Source: Eledone cirrhosa (Eukaryota). From it: DNA of 64,000 bases. Shown here piece after piece: positions 11,578-25,610 of the stretch. The notes beneath the pieces are model-generated. The model had not been told where the DNA came from, searched no databases, and saw nothing but the letters and a program-made list of their open reading frames with translations. Position numbers and translations under genes: made by a program. The stretch lies in the NCBI GenBank assembly GCA_964016885.1, contig OZ024745.1:93434001-93498000 (forward strand), given 5' to 3'. Numbering within the stretch: position 1 is the first letter of the stretch; each line of letters opens with the position of its first letter.

Positions 11578-13385
11578 TTAGCTGTATACTTTGTGAAATG
11601 TTTTATGGAATTTATGCAAGCAGATAGAAAACAAGTCAGTGCGTCTATTTATTATAGAATCTAGATTAGAGATAATGGTAAATTTTTCATTTAGACAGAG
11701 ATTGCAGATTTTGGATAGAGAACTGTTCAAGTATAAAGACGCAGAAGAAACCTTCTTCCAAAAGATGTTATATTTAATATTTTTGTCTTTCAAGAACCAT
11801 ATGAGTTCTGAGAGAGCCGTGTTGGTTCTTTTAAGTTTGTATTTAAACGACGAATGATGGTTATAAAGACGAGCTTTAAAAGAGGTGGAAGTGGAGCCAA
11901 AATAGGTGAAGGAATTGGTGTCAGTTATAACTTTACATTCGTAAATTAAGTTTTTATCAAGACAATGGTTGTTGAGAGGACATTTATTTTTAATAGGGCA
12001 ATTGCAATTAGAGAGATTATTAATGAGTGACCTAGTGTTATCTATAGAAGGAATTGGATTGGAGAAGTTGTTTGCGATAGGAATAATAGTTTCTTGATTT
12101 AGAATGGGATTATGAACATTTAACGAAGTTGTGTTTGACGTTGTATTTGGCTTTGTAGAAATTAGCCTAGGGTTTACAATGACGTCGGGAGTACTATTAT
12201 TATGAAATTCAGTGTTGGAAGGAAGAGATTTAGTATTTAGTATTTTATTGTTGTGTTTAGAGATAATGTTGGAAATGTTGGAGGATGTAGAATAAGAAAA
12301 TTTTATAGTGTGTTTGTTAAATATTTTACTATAGATATGTGAGGGAGGGAAGCATTTATTTAAGGCACTAAAGAATAATTTAGGAATATTGTTATTAATA
12401 GAGATGGAGAAAGGAGCATTATACCAGATTATGTTTTTGTATCTAGGTCTTTTATTAAAGTTATTGGAATGATCATGATTAATTATTCTACTGTAATTTC
12501 TTCTAGAATTTGTTTCTTTACTATATTTGATTTTATCAGGATAGCCGGCTTTAGAAAGCGCGTTATTATAGTAATTGGCGTTAGCATCAAAGATGTTTTT
12601 ATTAGAAGATAGGTTAGATATTCTTTTTCCAATATTACTAACTATAGCATTCTTGATATTAGTAGGATGGTTAGATTTAAAGTTAACATAATTTAGGTTC
12701 TCATTGTTTTTATGGTAAGGGTAATATAGGCCAGTATCAAGATTAAGAGATACATCCAAGAAATTAGCTAGTTTGATACTGTTATCAAATTCAATTTTTA
12801 GGTTATGTTGGTTAAAGAGATTACGTATATTGTTCTTAATAATATTAAGGTTAACTATGTTGCAATTTAAGATAGTAAAGAGTCCATCGTCACGATAAAT
12901 TCCACCGCGAAGTTGAGGAATTTTCCGACTCAAAGAGTTCAAAATAAAGATACCAATTAAATCAGTCAATTGGGATGAATCGGATGCTCCCATTGTGATG
13001 TCGAAGTTGTTAGAGGTATCGGCTCTGGTCCAATATTCGTTGTTGAACTCTAGGATGGTTTTACGTGCGGTGAGAATGATGTGAAGTTCATCTGTGGTGA
13101 TGTCAGAATATTTAAGTGCGAAAGATAGAGCATTATTGAGAAGTGAAGGCGAAATGGAGGAATAGTAGCTGGCAATATCAAATTGAACAAATTTTAGTTT
13201 GTTTTTATTATTCAATTTGTTGAACCAGCTAATCACTTCAGAAGTACCAAACCATAAATTTAGGTTCAAAGAAGAGCAATTAGAACGAACCTGTGGGATA
13301 ATTCTATCCAAGATGGCTTTACTAACAACCCCCAGATCTGATTTAGAGGGGGCGATTAATCTAACAGGTAGTTCAGTGCGAAAAT
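11578..13385 (-). CDS. PLE reverse transcriptase plus GIY-YIG endonuclease (about 600 aa, uninterrupted, N-terminus missing)
   Basis: QFDIASYY, ITMGASDS, GIYRDD, NFLDV; CNCx5Cx5C linker; LIY..YFG, KARLYNH, CNLC..CLH. Confidence 0.92.
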
Positions 13386-13529
13386 TGAAATGCGCATAAT
13401 AAAATACATGGAACTCTTTTAACCATCTTTTGTTCTTATATATTATGTATACTCCAGTCCTACAAACTGTAGAGTGCTTCTTATCCGATATCTGCATTGC
13501 TTTATTGTACTACAATAAAACTCACCTCC

Positions 13530-13598
<69 letters not shown>

Positions 13599-15334
13599 AA
13601 TTAATTAACTCGTCTCATAGACTAAGTGCCCTACCTATACCAAATTTGTACTACAGCGTCTCTGTTGAGCTCGCCTGCCTTCGTGAAACCTTTGGTAAAT
13701 GGAATAATTATATTGTGTTGTTTATTACATAATTATATATATATATATTATATAAATATCTATTATATATATATATATATGTGTGTGTGATTATAATGGA
13801 ATATTCCATTATTAATTTTGGTAAGGTGTGAAGAGCTCGATGCGCAAGGATTTCAAACAATCGCAATGTTTGTATATCGTGTAAACAATCGAATATTAAT
13901 TGATTCTTTGTTTGCATATACATGCAAGCTTACCACATCTATAGAAACGAATATAGATATTAAAGATGGATTTAATTTTAAAACTTTATATATATAAACA
14001 AATATACAGAGAGAGAGTGATGTAGAGAGAGGGAGTATTTTACGAAGTTATTTGAACAACGAAATTGCTTAATCTACAGGTGGGATAAAAAAACAAACAT
14101 CTTTCGTTCAGAACACAATAACTCCTTTTTATATGCTGTATTGACTGGCAAGTCTGTGTGATTAATTCTATAGGAAATGCCTCTCTAACTGAACTCACGT
14201 TGGTTAGTTATCAGGCAATATTTATGCACGAACTAACGACGGATATTCTACCTGGTCACTCGACTTGCTTGAAATAGTAGCTAATTCTCCGGGAGTACCG
14301 CAAATTACACCATACTGAAAGATGTATTGGATAAAGAAATCCTAGCTACACAATGCCTCCAAAAATTAGAGATAAACAACAAAACAACGCTAATATAAAA
14401 TGAAAAATATTGCGGCAATTCTGAATTTCATTCTGCAACAGGTAGGTGCACGAAAACCTTTATGATATGGATTGAAAAGATAAAGAAGTTTTACCTACAA
14501 TAAACGTTAAAATTGAGCACATTTTTAGCTTCGTGCCTAATATTACAAAAGAAAGTGTGCACAAAAAAAAAAAAAAAAAACATTTTATACATCTGAATGT
14601 TTGAAAAATTATAGTTTTGTAACTTTAACAAATTTTCGATTTAATAACATAAGTGTGAAACGACCACATTTTATTTGACAACAAAAGCTTAACGATTATT
14701 AATTAAAAAAAATAACGAACGATTTAATAAACATGCTTTAGCACTCACGATTACTATGGAAACAAAACAATTTTTACAAAAAAATAATGTTTTCCCCTTT
14801 GATACCAGCCGCCCGAAACCGCCCTACATTTCTGATACAAAATAGCTAATTATAAAACGTTATCATTATATAAAAAAAACATTTCATCATAATTTTATTA
14901 TAGAAATTTTTCTTAAGTAATGTTCTATTTATCAGCTTACTAATGAAAAACTCAGGGTAAATTTTTATTATTACACCTGTCTTTGAGGCGTGTTTTATGG
15001 AGTTCTCAGGTGAAGGAACCACATAAAACAATTTACAGTGGTTTTCAAGGCCAAATTTCGTAGGAAATACTTAAATTTCCCCTTCAAAATTCTAACCAAA
15101 CCTATCAACCCTTAAAATTAATATTACACCGATCTGGGAAACAGATGTAATAATGAAAATATACTATTTCATTAGAAATACAGTAATGAAAGGTTTAATA
15201 TTTAACTAGCTGGTTGATTGTCAGTTGCAATTTGTTTCTCTTTAAACATAAACATTGTACCTAATAATTTCACCATTTAACCGTCCCATACATCGCTAAT
15301 CTTACACTTGTAAAATATAGAGGTAGTCTTGTAT

Positions 15335-15505
15335 ATACCATTAAAATAGATTGTTAATCTTATAGAATACATCGGTATATATACACTTTTAAAATACTTT
15401 GGTAATCTATATACACTTCTAAAATACATCGGTAATTTTATATACACCTCTAACATACATCAGTAATCTTATATACACCTCTAAAATACTTCGGTAATCT
15501 TGTCA
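15335..15505. repeat. Short tandem array of about 30-bp units
   Basis: About 5-6 degenerate copies of taaaatacatcggtaatcttatatacacctc. Confidence 0.8.
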
Positions 15506-15939
15506 ATTAAATACATAGTTATAAATGAGACAAAAGATAATGGAGCATGTAAAAAAAAAAATTGAATATTTTTCTTGAAATGAAGGTGTGGTATCTTTTT
15601 TTTTAATTTTTTTTTTAATGTGAATTAATTTATATTCTAAGTATGCTAGAATTTTAATACTAAAATACAGACCTGCCAACCTCTAAAGCCCCAAACGGGG
15701 AGAAATGGGGCAAAATGGGGGGATTTTATATAATGAAAGGTGTACCCATTTTTATAAGAGAAGACATTTCTAACCCGCCCCAAAGTAGGTGGGAGATCTC
15801 CCCGTTGGACCGGAAGAGCTGACGGGTCTGAAAATAAGTATGTCCGTGAAACATACATACATATACACTAGGTCCAAACACAAAGGAACCAAACTCTCAC
15901 TACCTCCGTTTCTCCCGCTCTCCCCATCTCTCACTGTTA

Positions 15940-16190
15940 TGAACAAATGAGGGTTCACGCACCGACTGCCCCGCGGCCCCGGCGGACAGAATAGAGAAAG
16001 CGCTTCCCCGGAGGAAGGTGAGGGAGACTCGCCGGAAGAACTATTCGACCTCTCGAGGCTCACATCTGCGGGTAGCCAACTCTGTGCCGATGGTAGTGAG
16101 TAGGGAGGTGGTCCTATGGCCAAGGGCATCAGAAGTCTCCACTGCTACGGGCTCGACCGCAAATATGTCGGAGAGCGACCGATATTTGGA
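15940..16190 (-). mobile_element. CRE-like non-LTR element 3' fragment (REL endonuclease)
   Basis: SKYRSLSDIFAVEPVAVETSDALG...E*FFRRVSLTFLRGSAFSIL, closely matching 40374-40610. Confidence 0.8.
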
Positions 16191-18195
16191 GTTGATGGGT
16201 GTGTTGGTGAAACCTGGTACGTCTTAACAGCATTATAGGCCCCCGGGCAGATCTTACTGTATACATAGGTTACCATGGGCCCCCTATCCTCGTGGGGCCC
16301 CCCGGGCAACTGCCCAGCGTGCCCATGCGTTAAGACGGCCTTGGGTGTAACCGCTCTCGTATATTTATCGCAAAGATATTAAAATATATATACACTTAAC
16401 TTGATAAATATATTATAGTATAGAAATGGGATGGATCTCCGTCAGTTTCGACAACGAACATCTTACTTGTTCGAACAACAGAACACAAACTGCTTATGAA
16501 ATTATTTATGTAGGCATTTCACTGACAAATGTACCTTTTGACTTAATTATTAAGAGATTCAGCATGGCAATGTGTGTATTACAGCTACAGTCCATTCGGC
16601 GGGCTTCCAAATAGATTTTGTGTATCCCACGTTTCACTTACTAGGCTAGGCTATATGACATTTGTCCATGGTGTCGCACAGAAGGATTGAACCTGAGATC
16701 TAATGATTACGAAACGAATTTCTTAAACATTCGACCACACTGCATTCAAAAGTATAGAAATATTAATTAAATGACCCCCCCCCCCCTCTCCTCCCCCAAA
16801 AAACAATCTAGAGAAAAAAGAATAAAAAGGGAAAGGGTTTCCTTTCGGTATTTATTTCAATGTCTTTGTTTCTTTATAAAACTTATTTGTTTACCTACGT
16901 AATGTATTACGTATTCTTTTGTGGAGACGAAGAGCTCCACTAGAATGACAGCTGTTGCTTACAGTCTATCGTTCTTATGGTCTAACCTTGTAGTTTATCA
17001 AGGTTGTTTGTCTTATTGTAATAGTCATATCTTTATAGTTTACCACAGGGTGATATGCATGCGCACGAGTGTGTGTATGTATGTGTGTGCGAGTGCGCCG
17101 GTCATAACACAGTATTCTGTCACTACCTGTCAGTTCGCGGCTGTATACTAAAGTACTTCGTTGAAAACAATGTTGCCAGGGAAACTGAACTAATGCTATT
17201 ATACCTTCCACTCAAAAGATAAGAAACCGGTTTCGCTCATGACCTTCTGTTCTGTTCTGTTCTGTTCAGTTCGCGCGCGCGTGTTCATATTGCTTGCTTT
17301 TTTTTTTCAATCTTAACCATAGTAATTACGTTCTTTTAAAATGAAATAATGAATTATTGTGTACAGTGCTCAGGTGCACTACAACTTATCAAAGGTGCAT
17401 GTATAGTACATAGAATAACGTACAAATGTTAGGAAAATGAACAGTGTATGAGTCATGATATACATGTGTGCGTGTATATTGAGGGGGGATATCAGGTGTA
17501 GTGTAGTGTTGGCGAATTTCAGGAAGCATGGAGGTTTTAATTTAAGGCTTATTCTAAATATTAATGAACATTCGGAATAATCCTTCTGAACGACAGGTTT
17601 GTTCATTTTAAAAGGCAGTAAATAAATAAATTATAATAAACAGATAGAAAGTTATACTTGTTGTTTGTGGTGAAAAGTTTGAAAAAAAAATTTTCTTTTT
17701 CTCTTCTCAAAATTTGGCACAAAGTTGTGAGGTGCAGTCCCGAGGTATTTTCCCTTAGCCATAATCAGTGCCACTACATTGACTCTATTTCTGCATTTAT
17801 ATTGACCCTTCTTAGTTTTCCCAACTGAGTAGAATATGCTTCACTGAAGAGGTGTAATTCGATGGAAACATGTCCATCGCTTTCACCAGTTGGCTTTAAA
17901 GATCAGATGATCTCCAATCTGCATTGTTTACATTGGCGAAAAATATCGATTGAATGAGTGGTGAACACTAATCCCAATAATTAAGATTAAAGAATTCTTA
18001 GAACACTGGCATAAACTGAGATTGTAAATTTGGAGTTCCAAACAGCATCAGTTACCATATATAACCATGCAAAAGTCGAATTCTTTAGGTATGTGTGTGT
18101 GTGAGTGAGAGAGCGGGGGGGGGGGGGGGGTCAGGTTAAATCTATGGACTCGACTATTTCATGGATATTTCTTTCACACAATAGTCCAAAATAAG

Positions 18196-21100
18196 TTTAG
18201 TGGGTTGGTCATAGGGTTATTTACTCCAGTAAATACCACTGCATGCCAACCACTAATTTATTTTGAAAGAAGATATGGAACAACTTTTATGTAATTTTCC
18301 TTGGTTAGAATTATCTCTCTACATTCGAAATAATAATTGAAGCATGACGAATATCTCAAAACGAGTGTCAAAAACAATTTGTATTTATTGTAGTGCGTGT
18401 ATTACAATTTGGTAACAAAACGTACCTTGTGTAATCCGAAAATGCAAGATAGGATTAGAAAAGCTTAACATATTCGTGCTCGTGTGTGGTCAGTTTGAGA
18501 ACCTGCTGCCAAAGAGAGGAAGATTGCCCTTTGTTCTTTCTTTTATAATACCTGGAACGGAAGTCCAAGGGATATTCTAGAAATTTCACGGGAAGTAACT
18601 CTAGCTACTTCCCTTTGTCTAGAGAGCACTACAAGACTCCCCTCCAAGGTCATTGTAGCGAGAACCTGTAAGAAATAAGGAGCAAGACAAAAGTACAAGA
18701 AAATGCATGAATAAAACAAGAGCTCGCAACTGAAGCAAATAGCAAAAAAAAAACACAAAACAAATAAATGCATTTTACAAAGAAAAATTTTTGCTGCACA
18801 AGGATGATGCAGGAAAATGTAAATATCACAAAACTGATAATTCAAAGTTAACATAAAGGAGCAGAGAAAAATTAATGCTCAATGATAAGTTCAGTTTCTT
18901 CAAAATCAAATAGTTCATACATCACCAGTGTACAGACTTTTCTGACACTAATTCTATATGAACCTGAAAAGAGTTTGTTGATGCCACCAGGGGTTAAATG
19001 TATATAGTTTTTAACAATTTACTGTTCTGCCACTTCGTGTGACATAAGGTTGTGTGGTTTGCGGTGTTGGTGTGGGAGTGAATGTACGAGGTGTGTCAGG
19101 CATTGTAATGAGACTTTCAGAGAAAGCCCTCTTTGCTCTGTCAATGGATATTGTCTCTTTTCGACCATTGACAGCCACTGTGAAATGTTTTGGTGTGTGC
19201 GAAAGCACATGAAAAGGTCCATTATAGGGTGACTTAAGCGGTCCCTTGACGGAATCATTCCATATAAAGATGTGTCCACGTAGAGATATCTGATTGAACA
19301 GCAGAATAAATAGACTGGTCACGAGAGTTCATTGGTGAAAGATCCGAGAAGTAAGAACGAATCCTGGTGACATATGATGTTGGATCAAGATGCGATGAAT
19401 CAACCGGTGCTAGCATTTGACTGGTAAGAGTCAAGGTGGTACCGTAAAGAAGTTCAGCTGAGGAGAAAACCAAATGTGTCTTAACGGCAGAACGACAACC
19501 AAGAAGCATGATTGGCAAAAATTCAGTTCAACGTTGCGGATCAGGAGTAGCACAGAGTGCAGCTTTCAACTGTCTGTGAAACCTCTCCACCATTCCGTTG
19601 GAGGCTGGGTGATAGCTGGTCGTATGAATGGTGATGAGCACCCAAAAGTCGTGATATTTCATGAAATAAGGAAGCCTCGAACTGGCGTCCCCGATCCGTG
19701 GTTATTTTAGAAGGAACACCAAAGCGAGCAACCCAATTGGAAATGAAAGCTCGCGCAATGGACTCGGCTGTTATGTCCACTAGGAGTATGGCTTCAGATC
19801 ACCGAGAGAAACGATCGATGCAAGTCAATATATATATGTGAACCCACGACTAATGGGCCAAGGACCAACTATATCCATGTGAATGTGACGGAAACGAGCG
19901 TCCGGCGGGCTGAATTTACCAAGAGGAGCACAAACATGCCGATGAACCTTAGAGCGCTGACACTGCAAACAAGAACGTGCCCAACCGGTGATTAAATGAC
20001 GCATGTTAGGCCAGAAGAATCAAGCCGTGATGAGCTTCACTGTGGCAGCTATGCTGGGATGCGACAAGGAATGAAGTGCATCAAAAAATGGTACGCTGAT
20101 GACAATCTGGAACAAGTGGTCTGGGTGAGCCGGTAGAAATGTCGCAAAGAATTTTCCCTTCCACAGACGGAAGAGGTAAATATTCAAATTTACAGCAGGA
20201 AAACTGGGTAGAAGTATCCAGAGAATCCAAAGAAGGTTGGTCAGTCACAATGGCAACCAAATCAATATGTGCAGGAGACGCAAGGGAGCACACAGAGAGT
20301 TGAGACAGTGCGTCCGCGGATACGTTTCCAGCTATATGATGAATGTCACTGGTGTACTGGGAGATGAAACCCAAATGCCTGTATGCCCTCGGAGAGTAAC
20401 TGTCGGACTTGGATTGAAGAGCAAATGTGAGTGATTTATGGTCTGTGAATATCGTGAACTCCCGACCTTCAAGATGGTGGTGGAAGTGTCTTACAGCAAG
20501 ATAAACTGCTAAAAGCTCTGTCAAAAGTACTGTAACATTGCTCTGCTGGTTTTAGTTGGCGTGAGAAAAACGCCAGTGGTTGAAACTGGTGGTTGATTGT
20601 ATGTTGCAAGACTGCTCTGACAGCATGATCGGACGCATCAACAGTTAAGGATAGCCTCGTGTTCGCAAAAGGATGAGCCAGAAAGGAAACTTTAGCTATT
20701 TCGGACTTGACGGATTCAAAAGATTACAAAGCATCGGCAGAAAGTGAAATAGGAGCATCTTTTTTTTTCGCAGCCTTTAAAAACTGTGTCAAGGGAAACA
20801 ACATGTCCGCACAGTTAGGGATGAAACGATGATAAAAGTTGATTAATCCTAAGAAATGCTGTAACTGCCTCAATGAGGTGGGGGGTGCGATTCGCTGAAT
20901 CACTTCCACCTTAGATGGCAGAGGTCGAATGCCTTCTGAATCTATAAGATGTCCTAGGAATTCCAGTGAAGCGGTACCAAACACACATTTAGCTGGGTTG
21001 ATTCTGACCTGGTACGATTGAAGACGTACCAGGTCAGAGATAGATGTTGATGATGATGTTCAGCTGTGTCGTTGGCTATTAGAAGGTCATCCACATAAGC

Positions 21101-22908
21101 AAACACAAAATCCAATCCACACATGACTTCATCGATAAAACGTTAGAACGTGCTAGAGGCAGTCCGCAAGCCAAAAGGCATGGACAGGAATTCAAATGAA
21201 CCAAAGGGGGTGGTCACGGCTGTCTTTGGTATATCCTCTGGTTTCATGGGTATCTGGTGGTATGCACGTACTAGATCTATTTTGGAAAATATCGTGCATC
21301 CATGACGAACGGGTGAAAAATCCTGTAGGTTGGGTAAAGGATAACAATCAGGTGTGGTGATAGCGTTAAGTCTTCGGTAATCTCCTACTGGTCTAAAATC
21401 TGCTTCACCCTTTCGAGTCAAGTGGAGATACCCATGGGCTGGTGGAAGGTTGAATAAGACCGAGCTGGAGCATGTGCTCGAACTCGTCTCGTGCTTTTTT
21501 TAGTTTATCCGGAGCCAACCTTCATGGACGAGAGAAAACAGGTGGACCAGTCATTGTAACGAAGGACTGCCTGGGTAGGTTTAAATGAAATATCCGTTAA
21601 CTCGGGAAACGAAGTAAGGAGTGCATGAAGCTGGTTTCCAGCAGCAGCCACAAAAAAATGACGGACGGACTGACAGCAGCAGTGGTAGATTTAGACGAGT
21701 AGGCGTAGATAAGGATGTGGTACTATCCATAAGTTCCTGTTTCCTGACATCTACCAAAAGTGAATAGTGGTGTAAGAAATCCGCACCGAGAATAGGATGA
21801 GGTAGGTCAGCAATGACGAAAATCCATTTAAAATCTCAATGCAAAGCTAGGTCCAGTGATAAAGATATCTGTCCATAGGTTTTTATAGGAGACTGGTTCA
21901 CTGCATACAAAGAAATGCTGGAAAGAGTTGGCTTGGTAAAGCTGAACCGTAAGGGCCAAATACTGCAACTTGATCCTGTGTCAACCATGAATGACTTGTT
22001 TGAGACTCGGACTCTGATGAAGAAAGCACGATAAGGTGAAATGTTAAGGGAGAGGTCTGCCATGCTCTGTCTCTCCAAACTTAGTTTTCCGATGCCCCAA
22101 AAGAGCAGGGCTTGATACAATGTTGTGCCTTATCACGGAAACGCGCATGGTACCAACACAAAGAAGAACTGTTGGCGGGAGAGTTGGTATGCCGATGAGA
22201 AGAAAAAGACCGACTTCGTGAACGCTGCCTAGGTGGCGATCGATCACGACACAGTTTAGCTACTTGACGTGTTAACCCGTCAATAGCTCTCAATATGGCT
22301 TCCTCACTAGGTGAGGCAGGTAACGATGTGTTGCTCATAATTGTGACACGGTGGATGCTGAGCGAGGAATGCTCATATACAAAACTTGGTCGGATAAACA
22401 GAAACGAGAGAGATGATTTTCAGGAGAAATTTTATGTTCAAACGTCGGGTCACCACTTTAGTGGGTTGATCATAGGGTTATTTACTCCAGTAAATACCAC
22501 TGCATGCCAACCACTAATTTATTTTGAAAGAAGATATGGAACAACTTTTATGTAATTTTCCTTGGTTAGAATTCTCTCTCTACATTCGAAATAATAATTG
22601 AAGCATGACGAATATCTCAAAACAAGTGTCAAAAACAATTTGTATTTATTGTAGTGCGTGTATTACAATTTGGTAACAAAACGTACCTTGTGACATGATA
22701 GAAGTGTAATCCTGAAATGCAAGATAGGATTAGAAAAGCTTAACATATTCGTGCTCGTGTGTGGTCAGTTCGAGACCCTGCTGCCAAAGAGAGGAAGATT
22801 GCTCTTTGCTCTTTCTTTTATAATACCTGGAACGGAAGTCCAAGGAATTTTCTAGAAATTCCATGGGAAGTAACTCTAGCTACTTCCCTTTGTCTAAAGA
22901 GCGCTACA
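18196..22908 (-). mobile_element. Ty3/gypsy LTR retrotransposon, decayed, most of gag missing
   Basis: LTRs 18196-18633 and 22457-22908; TSD taag; PBS tggtgacccgacgt; PPT at 18634-18645; gag CWYH knuckle, protease VDTGS, RT DYRRLN/FSKIDL/YVDD, RNase H TDHK, integrase TDRGRQF and GPF. Confidence 0.95.
22442..22455 (-). promoter_or_regulatory. Primer-binding site, tRNA-Trp type
   Basis: TGGTGACCCGACGT next to the 5' LTR; complementary, with one gap, to the animal tRNA-Trp 3' end ACGTCGGGGTCACCA. Confidence 0.75.
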
Positions 22909-23589
22909 TAAGCATAAACCAAAATGAGCTCTAAACAAAAAATAAACAGTGAGTGACTGTAATTATGATTTCTAATTTTGGCACAAGGCCACCAATTTAG
23001 GGGAATGACGAAAGGCAAAGTTGACCTCAGCAGGATTTAAACTTTGGAACATTAAAGGGCTGTAAAAGAATGCTGCAAAACATTTTGTCTAATGCTTTAA
23101 CAATTCTAAGACGTCAGATAGCATGCTTTACAGTAATCGGCCCACCTCATTGTGCGCTCTGAGTTCAAATCCCACCAGGGTCAACTTTGCCTTTCATCCT
23201 TTCGAGGTTGATAAAAAAAAAGTACCAGTTCAGTACTGGGGTCGATTCTGCCTCTATAGAAAAAATTGGCTGTGTTCAGACCTGGAGAGGGTTGGGCTCC
23301 ACCAGGTTTAAAAGTGCCCTAGACACGCCGTATGACGGTGCCTGTACAACTCCATAAGTAATTATGGGATCTTTATCCTAACAATTTTGCCAATCCACTA
23401 CCATAATGATATATTTACTATTGTATTTTCACAATAAAGACTTTATCTTACATAATTATCTCACATAATACTGAATCTACAAGATTTTGCTGTTATTCAT
23501 TTTGAGAACAATACCTTAATGTAGGTATGAGCAGCCAGTATCAACAGAAAAAAGGTGAAAGTTCTGGCCAGTTTAAATGCTAAAGGGTT

Positions 23590-25045
23590 CATCTTCACAA
23601 ACCTGTTGTGGGCTACTGATGAGATCTGTGGTCGGAGCAGAATAACATTCAGATGAAAGGTGCCTGCAGATGTAACCATAAAAGCTAAAAGACAGGCCTG
23701 GAAATACTGGAAGAAAGAAGTCAACAAAGAACAATCCCAAGTTGATAGATGTCAGGTTTACATAGCTCAAAGAAAAGTTCTGAAGAAAAAGGCATGGCAA
23801 TGTTATTTATGGGAGGCTGATGAATGATTAAGTTATGAAAGTAATGGAAAGTTTTAGCACACAAATTAGGAAAAGAATTTGCTTAGATGAAATGCAATTT
23901 GGATTTGTACCAGGAAAGTTTATAACTGATGTCCTCTTCTTGGTGAGACAACTGTAAGATAATTGGTGTCTTCATCTTGGTGAGACAACTTTAACCATTT
24001 AGCATTTACATTACTCTATATTTACAATTATATTTTTGTGGTAAAGGCTTTATCTCGCATAATATCGAAGCTATGAGATTTTGATACAATTTATTTTAAG
24101 AACAATACCTTAACATCAGTATGAGTGGCCAGTTACAACTGGTTTGAACAGAAAGAGGTGAGAGAATTTTGGCCAGATATGGCCAGTTTAAATGCTAATG
24201 GGGTAAGAGAAGTTTCTAATCAAGCGTAAACCAAATATTTAACACTTGGTGATTTGGAGAAGGCCTTTGAGTGAGTACCACACACTTAGTCTGGTGGACT
24301 TTAAGAAAACTAGGTATAAATGAATAGCTTCCAAGTGTAATGCAAGATATGTACAAAGATGATGTCTGAATTTAGTGTGCAGGTGGGTATGTATTAGTGC
24401 CATTATTTATCCCTTTTCTGTTTATTATTATATAGTTCCCATAGCTTAATCTGTGAAAGATCTAGTAAAGAAATTCTAGATGTGGAAACAAAATCTAGAA
24501 TTAAAAAAAGTTAGAGTAAACTTAATAAAGACTAAATTAAGTTGGGTAAATGACATGACATTGTTACCATCAGGAAAATGGCCATGCTCAATATGCAGAA
24601 AAGGAGTGTGTATGAATTCTTGACAGTGTACTCAATGTGAAGTATAGGTATATAAATGTAGTGGGATCACAAGCTAACATAAAAAGATGTACAGAGAAAG
24701 TTAGTAGTAAAAGTATCAAGGAAATAAACTTCTTCCAATCCCAAAAAGTTCTTTAATAAATACTTGATAATTTCTGTTACCTGAGGGACTTAATTTGCAA
24801 TAGAAGAGGTTGTTCCGAAAGTATAGTAACTCAAATAAAAATAAGGTGAAAAAATTGGCAACCAAAGGATTTTTTTTCCAAGTGATGGGTTGATTGTATG
24901 ATTCCTGCATATGTAATGCTGTGTGACATGGTAGTGAGTCATTGGCATTGAATGTGAAGGATATGCAAGGGCTTGAAAGAAATGAATTGGACATGCTCCA
25001 GTGAATATGCAATGTTAGTGTACAAATGCAATAGGATGCTTTGGT
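23590..25045 (+). mobile_element. Highly decayed RTE LINE RT region
   Basis: LDEMQFGFVPGK, DLEKAF, SGKWPCSICRKGV, HGSESLAL...LERNE remnants matching 54181-55575. Confidence 0.8.
23995..24202. mobile_element. TTAA-type (piggyBac-like) MITE inside the RTE
   Basis: ttaa-ccatttagcattt ... aaatgctaatggg; same family as 36670-36967 and 37044-37227, in opposite orientation. Confidence 0.7.
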
Positions 25046-25479
25046 GCGTTTAATAAAACCCAAACTTGTCCATTACCTTGTTTTTGTTCTTTCATTTGTT
25101 TTGTTTGTATGAGGTTGCATGTTTTGCTGTTGTAGTTTTGTTGTTTGTGATTGTGTTGGTAAATGGTTACGGGCATTTTGGAGTTATTTCTACCTTTCCT
25201 CTTTCTGAGTTTCTGTGATTATTTGTTTGCTTCTTCTTGGCCTCTTTGACGACAGTTCACCATCACATTTCCTCCTTCTTCTCTTCAATTAACAATAAAC
25301 AAAAGGGATGGAGGCTGGTTGATGCAAGTGTGAGGATTTATGTTGTTTGTGGTTGGTATAGATTTTTTTTTTTTTAGGAATATTGATACAGTTCACTCCT
25401 GTGAGACTGCCTGTTTTCCTTCGTAGGGGTCTTATGTTTGTGGTGTTAGCTGCAAGAAGGTTTTCACTTTCTTTGTCAG

Positions 25480-25610
25480 ACGAAATAAAGCTGCTTGTGG
25501 TTGGTGCTATTCTCAGTTTAAAACCTGGTCCTCCTGCTTTCTACTACAACTCTTATTGTGTCTCCACTCTCCAAATAATTGAGATCAGGGACCCTTGTGC
25601 ATGTTTTCAA
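25480..25610 (-). mobile_element. Possible L1/Tx1 ORF1 remnant
   Basis: PDLNYLESGDTIRVVVESRRTRF* resembles the motif preceding the ORF1 zinc knuckle; flanked by decayed T/N/Q-rich low-complexity sequence. Confidence 0.4.

Larger units (their letters stand above)
10713..13532 (-). mobile_element. Penelope-like element, 5'-truncated, with inverted pseudo-LTR, inserted in (TA)n
   Basis: ORF plus about 860-bp 3' UTR ending in a hammerhead; 13385-13440 is an inverted copy of 10709-10764; (TA)n at 10651-10712 and 13533-13590. Confidence 0.93.

Noticed and set aside
15335-15505. Relationship between this 30-bp array and the 29-bp satellite
   Set aside because: Only short words are shared (cggt, cacctc); not distinguishable from chance by eye
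17850-17882. CTGAAGA...GAAAcatgTC hammerhead-like words
   Set aside because: No stem I or stem II complementarity
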